From: a virus
Lineage: Duplodnaviria > Heunggongvirae > Uroviricota > Caudoviricetes
Direction: 5' to 3' (one strand)
Virus record (IMG/VR): IMGVR_UViG_2568526722_000002
Coordinates: 1 to 54,562 of that record
Length of the DNA stretch: 54,562 bases
How positions within the stretch are numbered: the first letter of the stretch is position 1; each line of letters opens with the position of its first letter. The notes beneath the pieces were generated by a model. That model did no database searches, was not told where the DNA came from, and saw only the letters and a program-made list of their open reading frames with translations. The translations under genes were made by a program, and so were the position numbers. Below, piece after piece: positions 43,048 through 51,300 of the stretch.

Positions 43048-43952
43048 CGGATCACCCCATAGGCCCAGTCAGTGTTGTTGAAGTCCAGATCTGGCTTGAC
43101 AGCGCGCTGCTCACCTCCGGCGTTACGCTGCATTGTCAGCTTGTCCCACTGCTTACGCAGGCTTTCGGGACTCAGGATGTTGGTCTGCCAGAAGTGGTGT
43201 TTGCTAGCCCAGTCATACAGCGCGCAGATGTCCTGGTGCGACCGGTTGTCTATCTGGCGCATCAGGCGAACAGTGTTAGACCAGGAGGTCATGTCCGGGG
43301 CTTTGCAGGTTGGGTTAATCAGCTTCACCCTGGAGGAAATCCACTTAGCTGTCTCGAGGTCTTCAGCAGAGCCCCACTTCGCACCGGATGGTGTGTAGAC
43401 CGCAGCTTCAGGATGAGTTGATAAAAATTTCTTCAGACGTGCGTCAGAGGATTCGTCAGAATTCTCGGACGAAGATCTTTTAATACTGTTCTTGTTCTTG
43501 TATTGGGTGTCTACCGTTTTCGGGAAGGTTATTCCTGATTTCGGGAAGGATTTTCCCGTTTTCGGGAATTTTCTTCCCGTTTCCGGTTTGTCTAAAATCC
43601 ATGCTGAAAGGTCAGTGTTTACACCGACGATTTTCATCATGCCCTGCTTCTGTGAAAAGATGATTTTGCGTTCTGCGAGAGACTTAAGCGCGTCCGATAC
43701 ATGCGTATCGCTCAGGCCCGTAAGCTCGGCAATAACCGTATTTGTCACGCGGTCCTGTTTCTTGTTCCAGCCGTAGGTAAGCCAGATCACCGCCTCAAAA
43801 CATTGCCATTCCCGGCCTGACAGTCTCAGGCGAGGCTTAAGCTGTTGGATCTCGTTAGCGACCTTGGTATACCCGTTCGACAGGTCGGCCATACGACCTC
43901 CCGGTTGTTCGGTTTTATTTGGGAAATTGATTATTTCAGCGGTGTTTGACAT
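43044..43952 (-). CDS. replication initiator O-like protein
   Basis: Start chosen at MSNTAEII with GGAGA SD. The N-terminal ...LSGREWQCFEAVIWLTYGWNKK... matches the replication-O N-terminal domain pattern. Iterons lie within the gene. Confidence 0.8.
   Translation of the reverse strand: MSNTAEIINFPNKTEQPGGRMADLSNGYTKVANEIQQLKPRLRLSGREWQCFEAVIWLTYGWNKKQDRVTNTVIAELTGLSDTHVSDALKSLAERKIIFSQKQGMMKIVGVNTDLSAWILDKPETGRKFPKTGKSFPKSGITFPKTVDTQYKNKNSIKRSSSENSDESSDARLKKFLSTHPEAAVYTPSGAKWGSAEDLETAKWISSRVKLINPTCKAPDMTSWSNTVRLMRQIDNRSHQDICALYDWASKHHFWQTNILSPESLRKQWDKLTMQRNAGGEQRAVKPDLDFNNTDWAYGVIR
43515..43595. promoter_or_regulatory. origin of replication iterons inside the O-like gene
   Basis: Four units spaced ~21 bp apart. 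Three have dyad symmetry: CGGGAA-N5-TTCC(C/T)G at 43521, 43542 and 43563. Confidence 0.7.
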
Positions 43953-44036
43953 ACTGTTCTCCGCAATTACGCACTGTTTTTGCACCTGAAAGCCGTTGGT
44001 GTTCGAGCACCGCGGCTTTCGCCATTTTTGAACCGG

Positions 44037-44576
44037 TCATATAGCCCCCAGCATAATCTGCACCATTTCCATCAACGGACCGGTTAACCCAGGGTCAACG
44101 CGATACATCTCCACGATCCCCTCGCTCAACTCTTTCAGCTTCTGATGACGTGGCGCATCCATTGCGACAGCAATCTTCGCTTCGCTGGTTTCCTTCTCCA
44201 GCCTTGCCAGACGAGCCATTACGTTGTCTTCTGGTAGCAGACGATTGCGGTATTCAATCGGCAGGACAGCGAGGATTGCCGGCGTCAGCTGGCGGACGTT
44301 CTCGCGGTACCGTTCGCTGTTGAAATGGTTATCCAGGAAGCGGAACAGCTTCTGCCGGGCACGGCTGTGATCTGCCGGAAAGTCGATACCTTCGCCACCT
44401 ATCCGGTGCCACTCTTCAACGATCAGGGCCGTTACAACGTCCTGCCCGGCTACTGCTGACCAGGCGCGAACAGCATCACGGAGGGCACCACAACTGACGC
44501 CCGGTTTTGGTTGAGCGCGATTTATCAGCGCTGCTGAAATGAACCCGTTACTCTGTTGATACGTAAGTGATTGCAT
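44037..44576 (-). CDS. CII-position regulatory protein (YdaT-like)
   Basis: 179 aa, immediately downstream of the cro-like gene. The family call is tentative. Confidence 0.5.
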   Translation of the reverse strand: MQSLTYQQSNGFISAALINRAQPKPGVSCGALRDAVRAWSAVAGQDVVTALIVEEWHRIGGEGIDFPADHSRARQKLFRFLDNHFNSERYRENVRQLTPAILAVLPIEYRNRLLPEDNVMARLARLEKETSEAKIAVAMDAPRHQKLKELSEGIVEMYRVDPGLTGPLMEMVQIMLGAI

Positions 44577-44587
44577 AGTTACATTCC

Positions 44588-44806
44588 TTACTTTGGTAAA
44601 CCGTCACTTGGGTTTGGATAGAGATCAGGGCGCAGCTCGTGTGGAGTTACGCCGGTAGCCGCGTAGATTTGAAGGACCCGATCAGCAGGCACCACGCCCT
44701 GGTACCGGTTTTTCCAGCGGCTGACCGACATCGGCTTGATGCCCAGCATGGTTGCGAGATTTGTTGCAGTGCCAGCGGACTTAATGGCTTTCGTTAACCC
44801 GTTCAT
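44588..44806 (-). CDS. Cro-like HTH protein (YdaS/Cro family)
   Basis: Start at MNGLTKAIKSAGTATNLATMLGIKPMSVSRWK with GGAGA SD. Divergent from the repressor across the operators. Confidence 0.75.
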   Translation of the reverse strand: MNGLTKAIKSAGTATNLATMLGIKPMSVSRWKNRYQGVVPADRVLQIYAATGVTPHELRPDLYPNPSDGLPK

Positions 44807-44834
44807 CGTTGTCTCCGATTTGAATACAATCAAA

Positions 44835-44900
44835 TTAAGCCTGAGGCTTAATTTATTGTCAAGCCTGAGGCGAATTTTCAAGTTTAAGCAAAAGGCTTAT
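44835..44900. promoter_or_regulatory. right operator region: three 17-bp operators plus the PR/PRM region
   Basis: TTAAGCCTGAGGCTTAA (44835-44851, perfect palindrome), TCAAGCCTGAGGCGAAT (44859-44875) and TTAAGCAAAAGGCTTAT (44884-44900). Minus-strand TTGACA at 44862-44857. Confidence 0.75.
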
Positions 44901-44910
44901 TCTTCTAACC

Positions 44911-45297
44911 ATGAAAGAGAAAACCGTACTTAATCCGATACTTGTCGAACGCCTTTCAGAGCTGAACGGGCGCGGTATGACCAAATCCGATATGGCCAGG
45001 GTTGCTGGGGTAACCCCGCAGTCTGTGAACGGCTGGTTTAAAAAAGGCGTGATCAGCAAGAAATCAGCTCTCGCTGTCGCTGACGCAGCTGGCGTGTCTG
45101 TGCCTTGGTTACTCGGTGAGGATGTCGGCGAGAAGGACGGACTTAAGCCGGACGAACAGCGCCTGCTTGAGCTCTACCGCCAGCTGCCAGAAGAAGAGCA
45201 ACAGAACATGCTCCGCATCTTTTCGATACGTCTTAAGGAACTGGATGAGCTGTATGAGAAGTACATGAAGGGGCGGATTCGCTCGCAGGGGGACTGA
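44911..45297 (+). CDS. CI-like repressor, HTH_XRE, without an S24 autocleavage domain
   Basis: 128 aa. ...MTKSDMARVAGVTPQSVNGWFKKGVISKKSALAVADAAGVSVPWLL.... It has a short helical C-terminus and no Ala-Gly / Ser...Lys signature. Confidence 0.8.
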   Translation: MKEKTVLNPILVERLSELNGRGMTKSDMARVAGVTPQSVNGWFKKGVISKKSALAVADAAGVSVPWLLGEDVGEKDGLKPDEQRLLELYRQLPEEEQQNMLRIFSIRLKELDELYEKYMKGRIRSQGD

Positions 45298-45437
45298 ATC
45301 GCTTTAGGTTTGTCCTGAATTTTTAGTTCCCATGAGACAATGATGTCTTTACTGGGGGGTGATTCCGCCATTTATGTTAGATTGAAAAAACTATCAATTT
45401 AATTAATATTTATCACTACTACACGGGATGTTTTGCA

Positions 45438-46742
45438 ATGACAGCTGAGATTGTTGTAATAAATAATACTGGAATCGCCCTTGCTGCTGACTCTGCAGTC
45501 ACCACAGAGCATAATAGATTAGTAAAAATAAATAATAGTGCGGAAAAACTATTCGAACTATCTAAACACCATCCCGTGGGGATCATGATTTATAATAATG
45601 CGACACTGGGTGGCGCACCGTGGGAACTTATAATTAAATCCTATAGAAAACAATTGGGGAAAACTAGTTTCCCTACCATTAAAGAATATGTTAATGACTT
45701 TGTAAAATTCATCAATGGTAACTCAGACCTTATAACAAATGAAATGAGAGAGGCTTGCGTTATAAACCTTGTTGTTGATAACCTCAAAGGTTTGATGAGA
45801 TACATTAATGATAATAATGTAGTAAACTATTTAACAATGAACCCCGCCGTTGAACTCGACAATGTTATTTTTCAAAACATAGTTAAGCAAGCCTTTGATT
45901 TAGAGATAGGAATCTTAAGGAATAATCTCTTTTTCGAAGGGTTTGATACAGAAGAGTTTAATGATGCTTTAGCATATATACAAGATTTAATATCGCCATA
46001 CATTTCATCAATTATTGTTCTTGATAACTGTGAAAATATACAGCAAGAGCTTATGGAAAAAGTCATATTATATTCCACTTGTTTAATTTTCAAAGTCCAT
46101 GCTAGTCGTACATATTCAGGGATTGTTATAACAGGTTATGGAGAGGAAGAATATTACCCTTCCATTTGCACTCTTCATATCTACGGCATTTTTAAAAACA
46201 AATTGATGATCCATAATATTGATGATAAATCCCATAATGAGGTAACCAATATGGGGTTTGTTATACCATTTGCTCAAGAAGATGAAGTAGTAACTTTCAT
46301 TGATGGGTGCAACCCTAACATCATTAATTTTAACAGAACTCTTACAGAGGAAGTTTTTGATCGGCTTAATCATTATGTTTCTAGCAATATTTTCCCTGCA
46401 ATGAACAATGGAGTACTAGCCAATCACTTCTCCAGTGAAATTGAGGAACTCAAAAACGTACTTTTACAAGATCACGATACTAAACTTGAAAGCTATATTG
46501 TTAATAACCATACAAATAAAATGATATCGATGTTGCAATCACTTGGGAAGGCAGATCTTGCGTATATGGCCGAATCATTAGTGAACATCACTGCATTCAA
46601 AAGAAAAGTATCACATGATTATGAAACTGTCGGTGGGCCTGTTGATGTCGCTGTGATATCAAAAGTTGATGGATTTGTTTGGGTAAATCGTAAACACTAC
46701 TTCCCTAAAGAGCTAAACTCTAACTACTTTAATCGTCAATAA
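45438..46742 (+). CDS. proteasome-beta/HslV-like Ntn-hydrolase homologue with large insertions (434 aa)
   Basis: N-terminus M-TAEIVVINNTGIALAADSAVT...SAEKLFEL and C-terminus ETVGGPVDVAVISKVDGFVWV mirror 20S beta TTTVGI..AVIMATERRVT...GKKLFQI and [21 protein letters not shown]. The gene is AT-rich. Confidence 0.6.
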   Translation: MTAEIVVINNTGIALAADSAVTTEHNRLVKINNSAEKLFELSKHHPVGIMIYNNATLGGAPWELIIKSYRKQLGKTSFPTIKEYVNDFVKFINGNSDLITNEMREACVINLVVDNLKGLMRYINDNNVVNYLTMNPAVELDNVIFQNIVKQAFDLEIGILRNNLFFEGFDTEEFNDALAYIQDLISPYISSIIVLDNCENIQQELMEKVILYSTCLIFKVHASRTYSGIVITGYGEEEYYPSICTLHIYGIFKNKLMIHNIDDKSHNEVTNMGFVIPFAQEDEVVTFIDGCNPNIINFNRTLTEEVFDRLNHYVSSNIFPAMNNGVLANHFSSEIEELKNVLLQDHDTKLESYIVNNHTNKMISMLQSLGKADLAYMAESLVNITAFKRKVSHDYETVGGPVDVAVISKVDGFVWVNRKHYFPKELNSNYFNRQ

Positions 46743-46759
46743 CACATAAGGAGATATTA

Positions 46760-46864
46760 ATGTCTATAAAGCAAGCTCTCAATAACGCTTATAAAATCAT
46801 TGTAAATCAAAAATTTGGTAATAAAGAACAGCAGCACTCGCCGAAAGGATTTAACCAGCAGTAA
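46760..46864 (+). CDS. 34-aa micro-protein co-transcribed with the Ntn-hydrolase-like gene
   Basis: MSIKQALNNAYKIIVNQKFGNKEQQHSPKGFNQQ. An AAGGAG SD lies 7 nt upstream. It ends 3 nt before the terminator and is below the ORF-track cut-off. Confidence 0.45.
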   Translation: MSIKQALNNAYKIIVNQKFGNKEQQHSPKGFNQQ

Positions 46865-46866
46865 TG

Positions 46867-46896
46867 AAAAAACCCGGCCACAGCGCCGGGTTTTTT
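46867..46896 (+). terminator. intrinsic (bidirectional-looking) terminator
   Basis: AAAAAA CCCGGC cacagc GCCGGG TTTTTT. Confidence 0.8.
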
Positions 46897-46942
46897 ACAC
46901 CCTCACCCACCATCTCAGCCGCCAACACCCAGCCACGAAGTC

Positions 46943-46975
46943 CCCGATCTCGACCTTAGCGTCGGGATTTTTTTT
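46943..46975 (+). terminator. second terminator-like hairpin with T8
   Basis: CCCGA ..14 nt.. TCGGG a TTTTTTTT. Confidence 0.4.
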
Positions 46976-47000
46976 GCCTGCAATTCGGTGAACATCACGA

Positions 47001-47067
47001 TTAAGCCTGAAACTTACAATCACATTTCGCCTGGAGCTTGACATGATTTAAGTCTCAGGCTTAATAT
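47001..47067 (+). promoter_or_regulatory. left operators plus PL promoter
   Basis: TTAAGCCTGAAACTTAC (47001-47017) and TTAAGTCTCAGGCTTAA (47048-47064). Promoter is TTGACA (47038-47043)-18-TAATAT (47062-47067), with the operator in the spacer. Confidence 0.7.
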
Positions 47068-47318
47068 GCAATCACCAAGACGCACCACGAACCACCCAGG
47101 CATGGAGCCCACGAAGAAGCCGTCCGGGGCATACGAAGACCGGAATGAGGTGGTGAGATTAACGCGCAGTAGGTTTGAAACGTTCCGCCAGCCTGGCGAC
47201 AAGGGCAAAGCACAGAGTGAGCTTCGCGGTGGTGAATTGCAGAGTTAAAACGCTCAACCGTGAAGATCAGCGCCGCGGCACCACCAGCGAAGTTCACTCA
47301 GAAAAACTGGAGAACATC

Positions 47319-47525
47319 ATGGTTCATCAGCACTACGGTACACAGACAGTAAACCGCGGCGCAGTTCAGCCGGGGATGCTCGTCAAACACAAAGACTCAA
47401 CCTGGACGGCATCAGCTAACGCTCGCGGACGTTTGTATCTGCATCGCGGCGTAGAAATGACTTACACCAAGGATTTGCTGGTTGAAGTTTATCTGAACGG
47501 TCTGGGGCATGGACTCAGCCACTAG
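47319..47525 (+). CDS. hypothetical early-left protein (possibly longer, from TTG 47175)
   Basis: MVHQHYGTQTVNRG... with GGAGAA SD. The upstream in-frame extension is Arg/Lys-rich. Confidence 0.4.
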   Translation: MVHQHYGTQTVNRGAVQPGMLVKHKDSTWTASANARGRLYLHRGVEMTYTKDLLVEVYLNGLGHGLSH

Positions 47526-47536
47526 CGGAGGATGTC

Positions 47537-47698
47537 ATGTTAGACAAGAAATGCGGATATTGCGGCAAGCCGGTTAAAACGGAGGAAGTAATCAAGAGCA
47601 CCCTTCTCTATCGCAACGGCTCACAGCTGGCGCGCAAAGAAAAAGAGTATTGCTCCAAACGTTGCGCTTCGCACGACCAGATGGCTCACGAAGGCTAA
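47537..47698 (+). CDS. 53-aa zinc-ribbon protein
   Basis: [13 protein letters not shown]...[10 protein letters not shown] (CxxC...CxxxC), with GGAGGA SD. It is below the ORF-track cut-off. Confidence 0.5.
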   Translation: MLDKKCGYCGKPVKTEEVIKSTLLYRNGSQLARKEKEYCSKRCASHDQMAHEG

Positions 47699-47703
47699 CG
47701 GTG

Positions 47704-48207
47704 ATGAATATGCGAGAAAAATTATCACTGGCACGACTGAAGGAATTGCTCAGCTACTCGCCTGAAACAGGAGCATTCACATGGCTCAAAAATCGCGGAC
47801 GGATAACCGCAGGTGATTTTGCTGGAAATTTAGATACGCGCGGCTATGTACGAATCATCATCGATGGAAAGAAATACAGAGCACACCGCTTGGCCTGGCT
47901 TTATACACACGGAAAATGGCCTTAAGACCAGATTGACCATGTGAATGGAAATTGCTCTGACAACAGGCTGGAGAATCTCCGCGAGGCTACTTGCTCACAG
48001 AATAACTTCAATAAACCGCTTCAGAAAAATAATACGAGCGGAGTGAAAGGAGTTTATTGGCACAAAGGGAAACAACGCTGGACAGCCATGTGCCGAGTTA
48101 ATGGCAAAAGATTCACGGTAGGAACTTTTATTGAATTAGAAAAGGCTGCGGAAGCAATACGCGACTTCCGCAAAGCGAATCATGGTTCATTTGCCAGGAA
48201 TTCATAA
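47704..48207 (+). pseudogene. HNH_3 + AP2-type homing endonuclease interrupted by one in-frame TAA (47923-47925)
   Basis: ...[42 protein letters not shown]...GVKGVYWHKGKQRWTAMCRVNGKRFTVGTF. ORFs 47650-47925 and 47941-48207 are in the same frame. Confidence 0.75.
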
Positions 48208-48338
48208 CCCAGCGCAATGCTGAAAGGCTCCGGTGGTACCGACCAAAGTTACACCGGAAACAACATTAAAACCAAAGTTAACCCAATGGGCGCTATCAAT
48301 GGTCCGGGGATTCTAACACCCAAAAATGAGGATCTCAC

Positions 48339-51300
48339 ATGGAATTCTTTAATGTGGTTAAAGCCACTCAGAAATCCGGAAAGCAAGATGCAGTGGTCTG
48401 GTTCACTGCTAAAACCGAGGCTCGCGCCAATCTGATGCTGGATGTTGCGCTGGAAGATGCAGGTATCGAAACAGGTCGGGGTAAGGACTACGCCAAACCG
48501 ATTCGCACTGATTTCCCAGTTGTCGACGGCCTGCCGAAAGAAGGTGAAGTTGATTTTACCTGGTGTGATCGCTACGAGCTTCAGGACGATGGGCGCACCT
48601 GGCTGCCAAAAGCCGCTGGTGTGTCTACTGGTTCCGTTGACGCCCCCTACACACCTACTCCGACCGTAATCGTTGAAGATGCGACTGCGTCCGAAATTGT
48701 CCCGGTTGAAAACCGTACTCCAGCGGTCCGCTTTGCCGTCCATCTGATGAACGATAAATACCAAACCCACGTCACTAAAGAGCAGCAGTTGGCTGCCAGC
48801 GAAATGTCACTGGATGAAGGCAATACATATCTCCATAGCCTGCTTGTGGCAAGGAACGATGTGCCCGCGACCGCCAAACTCAGCCTGAATGCTGAGTGGA
48901 AAATGATTCGGGCGGTTAAGGACATTTTCACACCAGACGAAGAGCACGAACCAAGATTGATCGCTGCATTCATGTCTGACTGGGTGAACACCGATGCCGG
49001 TGACCGCAATCAACTGGTAGAAGACTGGCGCAGTGGTAAGTTGCAGTTGCTCAAAACTGAAACCAGCAACGCTGCTGACGTTACAACGGGTCAAGATCTC
49101 ACTGTTGAGGACGGTATCCAGACCGACGAGAACGGCCGGGCAGAAGGTGGCGTCGTTGATGGTGAAGTCGATACCGAAGAGCAATCCCAGCAGACACAGC
49201 AACCGAACCTGATCGTTGTTGCCACCCTGCCATTCCGCCAGCGCGTACTGGCTCAGTTCATCGGTGATGGTGAATATCTCTATCACATCGACGCAGGGCA
49301 GAAAAATGAGATTGTCCGCCTTGAGATGGACACCGATGACGCGTACGTCCAGAACCTGCTGCTGGCAGCTGAGAATGTGGAAGCATTCAAAAAAGCCATT
49401 GAGCACGATATTCATAAAGTCGTGAATGCCGTTAAGAAAGTCTTCCCTGTCGATGGAAAAATCCCTGAACTCGCAACCTTAATCCAGTTTTTGAAATTGT
49501 GGTTCGCTACAGATCACATCGACCGCGGTATCTTCGTTCGCGAATGGGCCGCCGGTAATCGCATCAGTAGTGTGCAGCGTACTGATTCCGGCACTAATGC
49601 CGACGGCGGTTACGTCACTGACCGTGGACCTGACGCACACCACACACTGGACACTCTCGATTTAGAGATTGCGTGTGCCCTTCTGCCTATGGACTTCAAC
49701 CACTTCGAGATCCCGGGCAGCATTCTTCGTCGCGCTAAAGAAATCGTGACCAAAAAAGAAGAACCATGGAAATCATGGAGCAACATCCTGCGCAATCAGC
49801 CAGGCGTTCTGGGTGTTAACCGCACGGCTATTTTTAACCTGGTACGTATCGCACCGGAAAATATTCATTTAACTCCTGTCGCTCACCTGGAATTTGTTAA
49901 CCAGACCATGACAGCCGCGTTCAATTCCGCGGTCGAGTTATTGCCGTTGCATGAGGCTGAACCCGCAGCACAGGAAATTCCCCAACCTGAAGGTAAGGAG
50001 TCTCCGCGCAAATCCTTCTGCACTCACGAAGAGAACCTGCAACGCGTGCGTGAAGAAGGAGCACGCCGCCGCGCAGAGGAAGCGGCAGCACAACCGCAGA
50101 AAGTCGAACAAGAACTGGTTAAAAATGTCGGCAACGGAATATTCGACGTTACGGCTTTGCTGCAGAACTCAGCAACTCATGGCACGAAAAAGGCTACGGA
50201 GACCACCAGCAATGTGCAGGTTCAAGAAACTGTCAGTGATGAAAAACAAGCTGGTGATGAAGTACAGCCAGGCGAAAGCAGTCTGGAGTCTGGTGAAGAG
50301 TCAGATACCAGCCAGAAGGACGATGTAAACCAGAATACGGATTCTGTCGCCAAAAATAGCGATTCTGTAAGCCAAACCGAACCAGTTGCAGCACAAACCG
50401 AGCCAGAAGCGCAATCTGACGAACCGGCTGTTGTTTATCCCGCTTATTTCGAGCCAGGCCGCTATGAAGGGCTGCCAAACGAGGTTTACCACGCCGCCAA
50501 CGGCATCAGCTCAACCCAGGTGAAAGATGCGCGCGTTTCGCTGATGTACTTCAATGCGCGCCACGTAGAGAAAACCATCGTCAAAGAGCGCTCAGCGGTG
50601 CTGGACATGGGCAACTTGGTGCATGCGCTGGCGTTGCAGCCTGAACTACTGGACGCAGAATTCAGCGTTGAACCGGTGATCCCTGAAGGCGCATTCACAA
50701 CGGCCGCGACCCTGCGCGCCTTTATCGATGAGCACAATGCCAGCCTGCCGGCGCTGCTGTCTGCCGACGACATCAAGGTGTTACTGGAAGAGTACAACGC
50801 CACCCTGCCGCCGCAGGTTCCGCTTGGCGCTAACCTGGAAGAAACGGCACAGAACTATATGGCGCTGCCAGCTGACTTCCAGCGTATTGATGGTGACCAG
50901 AAGCAGACGGCGACGGCAATGAAGGCATGCATTAAAGAGTACAACGCCACCCTGCCGCCGCCGGTTAAAACCAGCGGCAGCCGTGACGCGCTGCTGGAGC
51001 AGTTGGCAATCATCAACCCTGACCTTGTGGCTCAGGAAGCACAGAAACCGGCACCACTGAAAGTGTCCGGTACCAAAGCAGACATGATCCAGGCCGTGAA
51101 GGCAGTCAAACCAGATGCCGTATTTGCCGACGAACTGCTGGATGCCTGGCGCGATAACCCGGAAGGAAAAGTGCTGGTCACCCGCCAGCAGCTGAGCACC
51201 GCGCTGAATATTCAAAAAGCGCTTCTGGCACACCCGACCGCCGGCATGCTGCTGACCCACCCTAGCCGAGCCGTTGAGGTGAGCTACTTTGGTTTTGACG

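Noticed and set aside
42565-43062. 165-aa plus-strand ORF and other long antisense ORFs in the GC-rich phage genes (e.g. 23324-23767, 31263-31538, 33393-34354, 48807-49415, 50781-51260)
   Set aside because: They lie antisense to, or out of frame within, well-supported genes. They have low-complexity Arg/Pro/Ser-rich composition typical of GC-rich shadow ORFs and lack SDs.
47066-47248. 60-aa ORF (MQSPRRTTNHPG...) as an N-like antiterminator
   Set aside because: Its ATG lies inside the predicted PL -10 hexamer (TAATATG), upstream of the likely transcription start, and it has no SD.
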